From IMG/VR virus record IMGVR_UViG_3300001487_000052, positions 37,503-101,502 of that record: 64,000 nucleotides of DNA; one strand, written 5' to 3'. The notes under the pieces were generated by a model. It ran no database searches and had not been told where the DNA came from. It worked only from the letters and a program-made list of their open reading frames with translations. This DNA comes from a virus (lineage: Duplodnaviria; Heunggongvirae; Uroviricota; Caudoviricetes). How positions within the stretch are numbered: position 1 is the first letter of the stretch; each line of letters opens with the position of its first letter. A program made the position numbers and the translations under genes. This document shows positions 1 through 8,848 of the stretch, piece after piece.

Positions 1-84
1 TCTTGGGGATAAAGCAGTAAGAAAACCGTTAGAAAAGGTAGATAAGAAAGCCTACGGTTATGAAAAATCACAAAATCAAGTAGT

Positions 85-588
85 ATGAAGATTAGAATAA
101 AGAATTATAGTACAGGTAATGATAATCTTGATAGTCTTCTTAACTCTGCCTTTACTTCTGGATATATGATGGGCCAGAAAGAATTTACTAAGTGGGACGA
201 GACAGATAACCTGAAAAGGGCTAAGGACAGTGATATCTTAGCTGAGGAAAAGAAAAAGAAACCAGGGATGGGTGGTCCTATCATGGCTGGCGTTTCTGGA
301 GCCGTTACAGGTGCTGCTACTGGTGTTGCTGCTGGTGGACTTCTTGGAACATTTAAAAAAGGTGGATCGTTGAAAAAAGGCCTTAATGCTGCAGGTAAAG
401 GAGCTAAACTAGGTGCCATAGGTCTTGGTGCTGGTATGGCTATTGGAGCTTTAAGAAAGAGAAATAAAGAGAAAGATGATATTCAGTTCTATAATAAACG
501 TTTAGAGTATGCAAAAAGACAAGCCCTAAGACGTGAGAAAGCGGACTGGAAACAAAACATGACTGGTAGAGAAGGATATAGTTATTAA
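85..588 (+). CDS. hypothetical basic glycine-zipper protein (candidate virion-internal or membrane-active protein)
   Basis: 167-aa ORF. GxxxG-rich hydrophobic tracts (GPIMAGVSGAVTGAATGVAAGG; LGAIGLGAGMAIGAL) are flanked by Lys-rich segments. N-terminus MKIRIKNYS weakly resembles the MIIxRQKxF family downstream. Confidence 0.5.
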   Translation: MKIRIKNYSTGNDNLDSLLNSAFTSGYMMGQKEFTKWDETDNLKRAKDSDILAEEKKKKPGMGGPIMAGVSGAVTGAATGVAAGGLLGTFKKGGSLKKGLNAAGKGAKLGAIGLGAGMAIGALRKRNKEKDDIQFYNKRLEYAKRQALRREKADWKQNMTGREGYSY

Positions 589-606
589 AGAAAGGAGATA
601 CTAAAG

Positions 607-1020
607 ATGATTATAATTAGACAGAAAAACTTTGGTAAGATCTCTTTTCGTAAGGGTCAAAAAGTAGTAGATGGTGTTAAGAGAACCTACGAAAAATCTA
701 AACTTGGGAAATGGGCCGATAAAAACAAGAGTACTATTGGAATCGTAACTGGAATTACTGGAACTGCTCTTGGTACTGCTAACTTAAGTATCGCTCTTAA
801 GAGAAGTCAGAATGAAAAGAAATTCCAGAAAGAACAGATTGATGCTACAAAGAAACTTACTAAGGCCATCGAAAATAGTAATCAGGAGGAGTTAAAGAAA
901 AATAAAAAGCTTGTCAAGAAATCCCAAAAACCCTACACAAGAGACTATTACCTTCCAAAACCAGTTGAGGATTTAAAAGATAAGTCCTTAGAAACAATAA
1001 ATATAAAAAGAAAATCATGA
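607..1020 (+). CDS. MIIxRQKxF-family small basic glycine-zipper protein
   Basis: N-terminus MIIIRQKNFG. Gly-zipper GIVTGITGTALGTA. Lys-rich. Stop overlaps the next start (ATGA at 1017-1020). Confidence 0.55.
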   Translation: MIIIRQKNFGKISFRKGQKVVDGVKRTYEKSKLGKWADKNKSTIGIVTGITGTALGTANLSIALKRSQNEKKFQKEQIDATKKLTKAIENSNQEELKKNKKLVKKSQKPYTRDYYLPKPVEDLKDKSLETINIKRKS

Positions 1021-1688
1021 TAGTATTTAGACAGAAAGATTTTAGTATACTTTCTTCTACGGTTCATGGTGCAGGTATTGGAGGTACTATCGGTGGTTTA
1101 GGTACTGTTTTTCGTCCAAGAAAGGAGGCTGACGGTGAATTTATGCGCAAAGATAAAGACGGGAAACCTTATTTTGACGAAAACGCTAAAAAGACAGCTA
1201 ACAACGCTTACAGACTAAAATTCATGGCTGCAGGTATGTTGGTTGGTGCTGCTCTTGGTGCTCTTTGGGGTAGTATTAAGGAGATCTCGAAAAATGTAAA
1301 TCGAGCTAAGACTGTTGATGCTAGAATCATGGAAAAGGTACTTCGTGGTCTCAAGGCTAGTGGTCTCAAAGAAGGTGTTGATTTTACCAGAGACCCAAAA
1401 CAGGCTAATGCGATGAAGACTAAGGTGTGTATTGTTATTTCTAAGTATTCAGGGGAGCTGAAACTTATGATTAATGTGGTAAAAGATAGCAAACTAGAAC
1501 AGACCGCCACACAGATAGTCAAGAATATACCTAATACCTCTAATGTAGTTACGAGAACTGGAGATAGATACAATGATATTATAGTTTCTACTATTTCAGA
1601 TGCTTCCGCTGATCCCGGACTTATCTGTGGTATTGTAGAAAACTTTGTACATTCTAAGTATCCAGTTTACCTTGTAGAAGTAGGTTAA
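1017..1688 (+). CDS. MIIxRQKxF-family glycine-zipper protein
   Basis: N-terminus MIVFRQKDFS. Gly-zippers GAGIGGTIGGLG and AAGMLVGAALGALWG. Translationally coupled to the upstream gene. Confidence 0.55.
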   Translation: MIVFRQKDFSILSSTVHGAGIGGTIGGLGTVFRPRKEADGEFMRKDKDGKPYFDENAKKTANNAYRLKFMAAGMLVGAALGALWGSIKEISKNVNRAKTVDARIMEKVLRGLKASGLKEGVDFTRDPKQANAMKTKVCIVISKYSGELKLMINVVKDSKLEQTATQIVKNIPNTSNVVTRTGDRYNDIIVSTISDASADPGLICGIVENFVHSKYPVYLVEVG

Positions 1689-1713
1689 TAACAAATAAAT
1701 ACAATAAATAAAT

Positions 1714-4110
1714 ATGGCACAATGGACAGAAACTCTCGAACCCTATATTAAAGTTCAGGAGAGAGTAAAAACTGCAACACTCAATCCTTCTGCTGGTGAG
1801 GATCTGATTATAGGTGTTGCTTTAATATCTGATGCTGGTCCTTCCACTCCAACACTTATCACTAGTCAATCGGAGTTTCTAAGTACCTATGCATCTCAAG
1901 ACGTAACTCAGGCCTACATTGAAGGATTAAATAAACTTTACAAGGGAGATGATAAGACCCTTGCTTCTACTATGTGGGCTAATGCTTATAGACTTGCTGG
2001 TTCTAATTCCATTTTATGTGTTAGAGCAAGTAAGGCTAATAACCTATACTTTACTAAACCACTCAATAACGAAGATGGTACTGATCCTACTACCTATGTT
2101 ATTAGAGATGGTGAAATGTTGAAAAAAGTTCCCTCCTTTAAAATCACTCTTAATGATATTGGAGATGAAGCAAATCTAGATACTGATGGTTGGAGTATTA
2201 ATATTGCAGGAGTAGGTATCTTTGGTAATCGTGTAACTGACGATGGTATTCAATATGATTACTACTGCGGTAATCTTCCTGATCTTATTGATAGTCTTAA
2301 TGACACATCTAAATTCTTCTGCCCAGACTATGAATTCCTTGATAATCAGGGAAATATTATTGAGGTTGATATGAGTGACACTAGTTCCAGGAGTAATGTT
2401 GCAATTTCTAAGATGTTCCTCAAAGAAGTTTATCTTGGAGCAGAAGTTATTGATACCACAGACCCCAGAACTAGTAAGCTTAGCTGGAAAATATTAGACC
2501 ATCCAACTCAGGCTCAGATTGATAAAGCAAGTGCGAGTGGTGAGCCCAAGAACGATTTTAATAAGGTTAGGCAAGTTCCAGTAACTGAGGATAATGCTAA
2601 GGAGGGGCAGGAGATGGTCTTAAGTTTTTATGACGAAGACCATGTTGTTACATATTGTGAATTACAGGATGATAATACTGGTATGCTCTATATCTATACC
2701 ATTAATTATAGCCCTGATCCTAGCCAAGACGAGAAAGATATAATTAACCTCAATGATGCCGCTTATTCTGGATTTGTGGCTGAAAAGAATTATGCTATTA
2801 ATGTTTTTAATTCCTCGACTGAACTTAAAGTTAGAATTCGTAGATTTAATCATAATGCTGTAATTTCTAAAACTCTTAGTAATTCTGAACTGGGAAGCCT
2901 AACTGCAAACGGTCCTTCTCCTTGGACTGTTCTTACTGGCACCCTTGATACTTTTACAGGAGGAGACGAACCAAAAACAGAACTTGATGATAGTGTTCTT
3001 TATCAGGATTTCTATGAGATTGCTGTTTGGGATCCAAGTATCAATGAAGTTGTAAGTTTCTTCAACCTCGGTAATATCCTAGGTCGTGGTGATATGGAGG
3101 TAAGTGAAGTTAATGATCTGCTTAAGATGATTCAACTCTCACTCCCTGATAACCTCGAAGACCTAGATCTTAACTATTTCGGATATACTGAGAATACTGT
3201 AGCTGGTCATCTTGCTCAAATTTTCTGTGACCTTACTATTGACCCAACCGAGTACACAATGCTTAATATTTCCGATTCTGATTTAAAACGTGCTCTTGAT
3301 AATCTCGCTTTGGATGAGGTTTATACTACTGAGGGCTTATGCGACTTAGGAAATACAGAACTTAGCTATCAGAATTATATGGCTTCAATGGCTATTAATG
3401 ATAACTACTTCTATCCCATCTCAACAGTCAACAGCACTAACTATATGACCATCGGAAACTCGGCAACTAAGATTTCTGCTGATTCCTATAAACTGTATAT
3501 GAGTGCTCCTTGGGATATCGATACTGGTACTCTTGGTTGGAAATTCTACTGCAGTCCATCCGTCATCTATTGGGAGACTGTTGCTAAGAATAGAAGAAAT
3601 AATAGAGAGTTTGCTCCAATTCTTGGTCAGGATAATGGAACTGTTCAATATCAGAGACCAACTACCGAATTCAATAAGAGGACTAGACAACTCTTACTCT
3701 CGAGAAAAGTCAACACTGCTATGTGGGATGTTGCTCTTCAAGCTTGGGTAATGAATGATAACTATACGAAACAGACTGAAAATACTATCATGAATGATGA
3801 GGGTAATTCTCGTCTTATGATTCGTATTAGTAAAGCCATGCCCACACTTCTTAGACAGTATATTGGTAAGAGAATTTCCGAGAAACTTTGTAAGAACGTT
3901 GAAGATACTATTGACTATTTCTTCAAAACTAACATTCTTAGCATGGAGTATAATATTGATGGTTATAGAATCACCTGTAAGTACGATGAGATTCTTGCCA
4001 GACAGAACAAGATTAAAGTCCATATTGAAGTTAGATATCAGAGAGCTCTTAAGTATATTGACGTAATCAACGATGCCTATGAAATAGGCCTTCCGTTTGA
4101 GGGAGAATAA
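1714..4110 (+). CDS. putative tail sheath protein (798 aa)
   Basis: N-terminal region LNPSAGEDLIIGVALISDAGPSTPTLITSQSEFLSTYAS matches the characteristic sheath N-terminal pattern (aliG-x-GP...P-litS-x-eF-x-yG), as in T4 gp18-like sheaths. Large size. Followed by a terminator hairpin. Confidence 0.45.
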   Translation: MAQWTETLEPYIKVQERVKTATLNPSAGEDLIIGVALISDAGPSTPTLITSQSEFLSTYASQDVTQAYIEGLNKLYKGDDKTLASTMWANAYRLAGSNSILCVRASKANNLYFTKPLNNEDGTDPTTYVIRDGEMLKKVPSFKITLNDIGDEANLDTDGWSINIAGVGIFGNRVTDDGIQYDYYCGNLPDLIDSLNDTSKFFCPDYEFLDNQGNIIEVDMSDTSSRSNVAISKMFLKEVYLGAEVIDTTDPRTSKLSWKILDHPTQAQIDKASASGEPKNDFNKVRQVPVTEDNAKEGQEMVLSFYDEDHVVTYCELQDDNTGMLYIYTINYSPDPSQDEKDIINLNDAAYSGFVAEKNYAINVFNSSTELKVRIRRFNHNAVISKTLSNSELGSLTANGPSPWTVLTGTLDTFTGGDEPKTELDDSVLYQDFYEIAVWDPSINEVVSFFNLGNILGRGDMEVSEVNDLLKMIQLSLPDNLEDLDLNYFGYTENTVAGHLAQIFCDLTIDPTEYTMLNISDSDLKRALDNLALDEVYTTEGLCDLGNTELSYQNYMASMAINDNYFYPISTVNSTNYMTIGNSATKISADSYKLYMSAPWDIDTGTLGWKFYCSPSVIYWETVAKNRRNNREFAPILGQDNGTVQYQRPTTEFNKRTRQLLLSRKVNTAMWDVALQAWVMNDNYTKQTENTIMNDEGNSRLMIRISKAMPTLLRQYIGKRISEKLCKNVEDTIDYFFKTNILSMEYNIDGYRITCKYDEILARQNKIKVHIEVRYQRALKYIDVINDAYEIGLPFEGE

Positions 4111-4128
4111 TTCCAAAATTAAATCTTG

Positions 4129-4172
4129 AAAGGAGGGGTTATTGATTTCCACTGAATTAGTAGCCCCTCTTT
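4129..4172 (+). terminator. rho-independent terminator-like hairpin after the sheath-like gene
   Basis: AAAGGAGGGG...CCCCTCTTT inverted repeat (one bulged G) followed by TATATTT and an A-run. Confidence 0.45.
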
Positions 4173-4200
4173 ATATTTAAAAAAAATAATAAAATTTTAT

Positions 4201-5250
4201 ATGAGCAGAAAATTAGAATATAGTATCGCAGAAAAACTCATATTTGAAAAAATAGACTATATAAATAAAGAACATAACTTAGACTTAAATTTCGTAGGGG
4301 TTAAAGATAATTGGATTGGTAATGGAAGTAGAATTCTGTTATTTTGTAATATTCATAAAATAACTATAGATGTAAGCTATAGAAATTTTATTAGATTAGA
4401 AAAGTATGGTTGTCCTGAATGTGCAACTAAAAAACATCATGAATCACAAAGACGAACTACCGAAGAGTTCATTAAACTATCAAAAGAGAAATATGGTGAT
4501 AAATTTACATATGAGAAGACAAACTATGTTACTGCTAAGAAAAAAGTTATAATCACCTGTAAAGAACATGGAGATTTTCTTGTAAGTCCAGATTATCATT
4601 TAAGAGAATCCACTATAGCAGGTGGCTGTCCTGAATGTAAACGTACTGTGTACTATGAATCGAATAAAAGGCCAGTAGAAGAATTTATTGAAAAAGCAAG
4701 AGAAGTGCACGGGGATAAATATGACTACTCTAAGGTTAATTATGTTAATAACATTACACCTATAATAATTATATGTCCTATTCATGGAGAGTTTTCTCAA
4801 CTTCCAACAACACATTTACAAGGCTGTGGGTGTCATAGGTGTAGTTGCTCTATAGGAGAAACCATACTATTTGATTATTTCTCTGAGCATGAAATAACTC
4901 CACTTCATCATACGGTGATACATTATGATGATCATACACTTATACCTGATTTCTTGATAGAACTTAATGGTAAACAATATATGATAGAGTATAACGGGAT
5001 ACAACATTACAACCCAAACAATTATTTTAACTCGTTAAATAATAGAAATTCCAATTTGCAAGGATTCGAGTATCAAAAGAACAGAGACGAGTTAAAGATT
5101 AAATATTGTAACGAAAATAATTTAATTTTAATTATTGTCCCTTATATTCTTGATAAAAAAGAAAAAATTTATAATTATATGGACAAAGTATTATATGAGG
5201 GTATTCCACCGAACTCACTTATAGACTTTGATTCATTATACGTTACATAA
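4201..5250 (+). CDS. homing-endonuclease-like protein: two tandem Zn-knuckle repeats plus a C-terminal Vsr/DUF559-like PD-(D/E)xK nuclease motif
   Basis: Two roughly 70-aa tandem repeats, each CPEC-x-EEFI-x-(H/Y)GDK(F/Y)xY-K-NYV...I-C-x-HG(D/E)F...P-x-HL. C-terminal IPDFLIELNGKQYMIEYNGIQHY resembles the vDf...IE-DG..H endonuclease core. Free-standing between a terminator and the next structural gene. Confidence 0.45.
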   Translation: MSRKLEYSIAEKLIFEKIDYINKEHNLDLNFVGVKDNWIGNGSRILLFCNIHKITIDVSYRNFIRLEKYGCPECATKKHHESQRRTTEEFIKLSKEKYGDKFTYEKTNYVTAKKKVIITCKEHGDFLVSPDYHLRESTIAGGCPECKRTVYYESNKRPVEEFIEKAREVHGDKYDYSKVNYVNNITPIIIICPIHGEFSQLPTTHLQGCGCHRCSCSIGETILFDYFSEHEITPLHHTVIHYDDHTLIPDFLIELNGKQYMIEYNGIQHYNPNNYFNSLNNRNSNLQGFEYQKNRDELKIKYCNENNLILIIVPYILDKKEKIYNYMDKVLYEGIPPNSLIDFDSLYVT

Positions 5251-5262
5251 AATAAACTGGAT

Positions 5263-6000
5263 ATGGATAAAGCGCTACTAGTTGATCTTAAAAAGAAGAT
5301 TTTTATTCGTAGTGCTCTTCTCTCTATTCCTTCTCTTGATGAACTTCTAGGCTTGAATGATTATCTGTCAGCGGATGAGGTTTTACTAGAGTTGATAAAG
5401 AAAGCACTCCGAGAATATGAAAACTCAGTCCCTCTTATCTTGGAAATGAGACTAAACAGGAATCAACTAGGAACCTGTTTTGGAAGAGAAGGGTGGGCTG
5501 AAATAAAATCAAATTTCACCTTATACCTAGATTGTATACTCCCAGAAGAGTCTATAGTTCTAGTACCAAATTCCCTACCCTATATACGAGTTGGAGGATC
5601 ATTGTCATATCCTTCTCCCGGCTCTTATTTTCCAGCAACAGATTATCAGCGCCCCTACTTATTCATGGGTGATTTAATGGGAAATACGGATTTTTATATA
5701 AAGGCGATTTGTTCTAGACCAATCATACCAGACTTCCTTCCTGATAAAACTTTTAATGCAGACTCCAGGAAAGCTGCTATATACTGGTTGAATATAGAAG
5801 AGGGAGCAAGGGGAAACTATTTTATGGACCTTTGTATGGTTCATGTCTTAGATTTCCTTAGACAATTGAAGGCATCTATACAGCTTCCTAATTCCCCAGT
5901 TGATGTTCTCAGTAATACAGATGCGGCATATCAGGAATTAAGATCTAGATGTGACCAATTCCAACTTCAGTCTTCTTGGTATGGTGAATTTTTAATATAA
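5263..6000 (+). CDS. hypothetical protein (245 aa)
   Basis: Long ORF co-directional with the structural block. No recognisable motif. Confidence 0.5.
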   Translation: MDKALLVDLKKKIFIRSALLSIPSLDELLGLNDYLSADEVLLELIKKALREYENSVPLILEMRLNRNQLGTCFGREGWAEIKSNFTLYLDCILPEESIVLVPNSLPYIRVGGSLSYPSPGSYFPATDYQRPYLFMGDLMGNTDFYIKAICSRPIIPDFLPDKTFNADSRKAAIYWLNIEEGARGNYFMDLCMVHVLDFLRQLKASIQLPNSPVDVLSNTDAAYQELRSRCDQFQLQSSWYGEFLI

Positions 6001-6007
6001 GAAGAAT

Positions 6008-6823
6008 ATGATTATAAAGAGAAAACCCGGAATACTAAAAGAGGGTATTAAGAAAATAGTTAAGAGAATTGAAGAGATGCCCTTTGATAATAGGCCTGAA
6101 CCTAAACCTTCTTATATTGAGCTTAAAACTTTTGCTGCACTAGGGGGAGTTAAAGGAGCCACTAAGAGAGCTAGAAGAAGAGTTATGAGAGCTGCTAAGG
6201 ATAGACTTAAACATGGGCTTTTATCTCCTGAAGCTGTTGAAAGAGTAACTAACAGAGAAATCGCGAAAGCTACAAAAAAGGCCAGTACCCCCTTAAAACA
6301 GGATATAAGAGGGGTTATGACAACTGCTAAGGACTCTATAATAAACACCCCTCAGAATCTTAAAACTGCAGTCGTCAAAACTAAAGACATTGCCAAGAAT
6401 ATTTACGAGAATACAGGTGATATAACGGCTAAGACTGCAGGTTGGGCTAGAAAGAATCCAGAGTTAGCACTTTCACAGATTCCTGCCGGTGCTACAAGAG
6501 TTGCTGGTGCTGTAATTGCTCCAGTAAACCCAGCTGCTGCTGCTGCACTACAAGCTGTTCCTGTCACTGCTCCTACCCTAGCTATTTCTAAATTAGTTAG
6601 TGATCCTTATAAAGTTGTTACTTATAAAGGTAAAAAGATGCCAAAATTCAGAAAAAGGGCCATGGCTGGTAAAGAGATGGAGAGAAAGGTTAGTAGTGTT
6701 TTAGGTGGAAAAAGTATTAAGGGTGCTGTTGAAAATATTAAGACGGGAATTACTTCTTTACTTCCTGAACCAATATCACCCCAAGCTATTCCCTCTTATA
6801 GACTAGCAAGAGTGACAATGTAA
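6008..6823 (+). CDS. basic Ala/Lys-rich protein, distant member of the MII family
   Basis: N-terminus MIIKRKPG. Very Lys/Arg-rich. Ala-rich hydrophobic tract AGATRVAGAVIAPVNPAAAAALQAV. Confidence 0.5.
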   Translation: MIIKRKPGILKEGIKKIVKRIEEMPFDNRPEPKPSYIELKTFAALGGVKGATKRARRRVMRAAKDRLKHGLLSPEAVERVTNREIAKATKKASTPLKQDIRGVMTTAKDSIINTPQNLKTAVVKTKDIAKNIYENTGDITAKTAGWARKNPELALSQIPAGATRVAGAVIAPVNPAAAAALQAVPVTAPTLAISKLVSDPYKVVTYKGKKMPKFRKRAMAGKEMERKVSSVLGGKSIKGAVENIKTGITSLLPEPISPQAIPSYRLARVTM

Positions 6824-6835
6824 AAACCTAATGTT

Positions 6836-8047
6836 ATGATTTTATTCAGACAAAAAAACTTCACAATTCAAGAGGGTCATTTTACAGGCACTAAAGATGA
6901 AGATAGACTCCCTGGTGCTGTAGAGGTTATTGGAAAGTCTGCTATTGGAGGTGCTATAATTGGTGCTATAGTAGGAAAATTCAATAAGAAATCTACAGTT
7001 AAGGATGGAGCTGTTTCTGGTGCTAAGTATGGTGCTCTCACAGGAATTGCATTGAAGCTACTTATAAATTATCTTCATAAACCGATGTCCAGAGTTAAAT
7101 ATCAAGAAGTGGACAAGGGAATAAGAAGAGAATATGGAATTTATAAAGCAGGTGGTATTATTATTGGGGATAAACTTGATAAAAGAGCCTCAATGGAAGA
7201 GAGATTTGCTTTTAATGATAGAAATGTGTGTGCCTATAAGATCTGCTTTGCTGTTCAAGATAATCAGGTCACTATGTACACCCTCGGCCTCAGTGATCAG
7301 GAATTAGAAAAACTTAATAACCACCTTGATCATTATTGTAAGGAATATTATGGAATGGAATATACTTCTATCCCTATAAATCAAAAAACTAACTCCTATT
7401 CTGTTAGTATAGTCTTTACAAATTATCAGGTTATTTCTAATTTTATGGTTGAACTTAGCGAACTTCTAGAAACTAAGATTAACCTGCTAGACAATAATGC
7501 TCTAGTAAAAGGAAGATTAGAGGAGAGCCAGAAGTCTTTTAGTGTTACGCCCCTCAATAAGTATGATGTTATGAAAATCCTCAGTAAAAATGGTATAAAA
7601 AGTACTATAAATGCTATTTTTACAAGGAGAATAGGAAAATCAATGTCGCAATTTGTTCTTAATTCAATCCGAGACGTTTGTACTACTATAACAGCTCAGG
7701 ATATGACTAAAGAAGGCATACCAGTTCCTAGACAATTTTATAACAATCCTTATCTTGAAGACACACTAAAGCGACTCCATTATATCGAGGGGTTCAATTA
7801 TACGATATCAGAGAAGGATCAGAAAAATAATATGTCACTTGTCAATGGAATCTTTATCGTCACACTAGAAAAAGGAAGTGATGAAATGAAAGAAGTTGAT
7901 AAAGTATACATAAAGGGGAAGATGAAAAGAACCGATACAGGAAAAGTTATTGTTTATTCTTATTCCTTTAAAGATAAAAACGAATTTGAAATGATCTTAA
8001 AGAAACTGATGTCAACTAAGATTACGTTCAACATATTTGAAGGATGA
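6836..8047 (+). CDS. MIIxRQKxF-family protein with a DRLPG + glycine-zipper module (403 aa)
   Basis: N-terminus MILFRQKNFT. KDEDRLPGAVEVIGKSAIGGAIIGAIVG parallels NKDRLPGDDNALVSGLAKAASGGLGSALG in the 1010-aa protein at 8849. Confidence 0.55.
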   Translation: MILFRQKNFTIQEGHFTGTKDEDRLPGAVEVIGKSAIGGAIIGAIVGKFNKKSTVKDGAVSGAKYGALTGIALKLLINYLHKPMSRVKYQEVDKGIRREYGIYKAGGIIIGDKLDKRASMEERFAFNDRNVCAYKICFAVQDNQVTMYTLGLSDQELEKLNNHLDHYCKEYYGMEYTSIPINQKTNSYSVSIVFTNYQVISNFMVELSELLETKINLLDNNALVKGRLEESQKSFSVTPLNKYDVMKILSKNGIKSTINAIFTRRIGKSMSQFVLNSIRDVCTTITAQDMTKEGIPVPRQFYNNPYLEDTLKRLHYIEGFNYTISEKDQKNNMSLVNGIFIVTLEKGSDEMKEVDKVYIKGKMKRTDTGKVIVYSYSFKDKNEFEMILKKLMSTKITFNIFEG

Positions 8048-8409
8048 TGATTATACTTAGAGAAAAAACCTATTCAAATATTTTTATCGGACGTGTTACA
8101 GGTGAGCTAGATAGAAGTGGATATGAAGATTATGATATTTCTTCTACAGTTCCCGAAGATAGTATAAGTATTAATACCGACCTTTCCCATCTTAAAGTTT
8201 ATATTCCAGTAGACCTTGAGTATAGTCAGTATGGTATTGATGATTTTATACGTTCCCTAGCTCCTTTTATCAGAACTAACACACTCCTTGATAGAAATAT
8301 ATTTGTGATGTCTCTCTCCGGAAGATTAACAGAGACACAATATATAAAGCTGATCAAACATATTATAGATCAAGAAGAAACCTGTATAATTGTAGACGAA
8401 GATGAATAA
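8044..8409 (+). CDS. MIIxREK-family small protein
   Basis: N-terminus MMIILREKTYS. ATGA overlap with the upstream gene. Confidence 0.5.
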   Translation: MMIILREKTYSNIFIGRVTGELDRSGYEDYDISSTVPEDSISINTDLSHLKVYIPVDLEYSQYGIDDFIRSLAPFIRTNTLLDRNIFVMSLSGRLTETQYIKLIKHIIDQEETCIIVDEDE

Positions 8410-8839
8410 TGAGAATATGGCCTCCAGAAACTTAGAAAAGGCCAACAAATTTTATGCTATTGGACTTAAGAATATAAAAATGCAAATGGCCATGGTGGGT
8501 ACTAATTTTGTTGTCTTAAGGCCGAAAGATAATAGTAAATGGAAGAATGTATTTGGAGGCTCATATTCTTCAGAGTCAACGTTAGAAAATGATTATGAAC
8601 AAACTACAACAACGCTCATAATCAATCAAAATGAAATGAGAGATGTATGGAATAGAAACCGTGATATCCTAGAGTCTTATTCTGATGATGGTTCTTTACA
8701 GGTGGGAGATGAATTACAGTACACCAGAGATAAAAGAACTTACAGATTTAAGATATCTATGAAACAGGCATATTCAGAAGCAGGAACGGGATTATACGCA
8801 TATACACTCTCAAGCATAATAGAGACATTGGAAGAATAA
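8402..8839 (+). CDS. hypothetical protein (145 aa)
   Basis: ORF overlapping the upstream stop. Co-directional. Confidence 0.45.
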   Translation: MNNENMASRNLEKANKFYAIGLKNIKMQMAMVGTNFVVLRPKDNSKWKNVFGGSYSSESTLENDYEQTTTTLIINQNEMRDVWNRNRDILESYSDDGSLQVGDELQYTRDKRTYRFKISMKQAYSEAGTGLYAYTLSSIIETLEE

Positions 8840-8848
8840 AGAGCAGTT

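Noticed and set aside
589-606. Shine-Dalgarno-like AAAGGAG upstream of some genes (607, 15091)
   Set aside because: Most genes in the window lack any SD-like sequence, so these may be chance matches. No conclusion about host translation signals is drawn.
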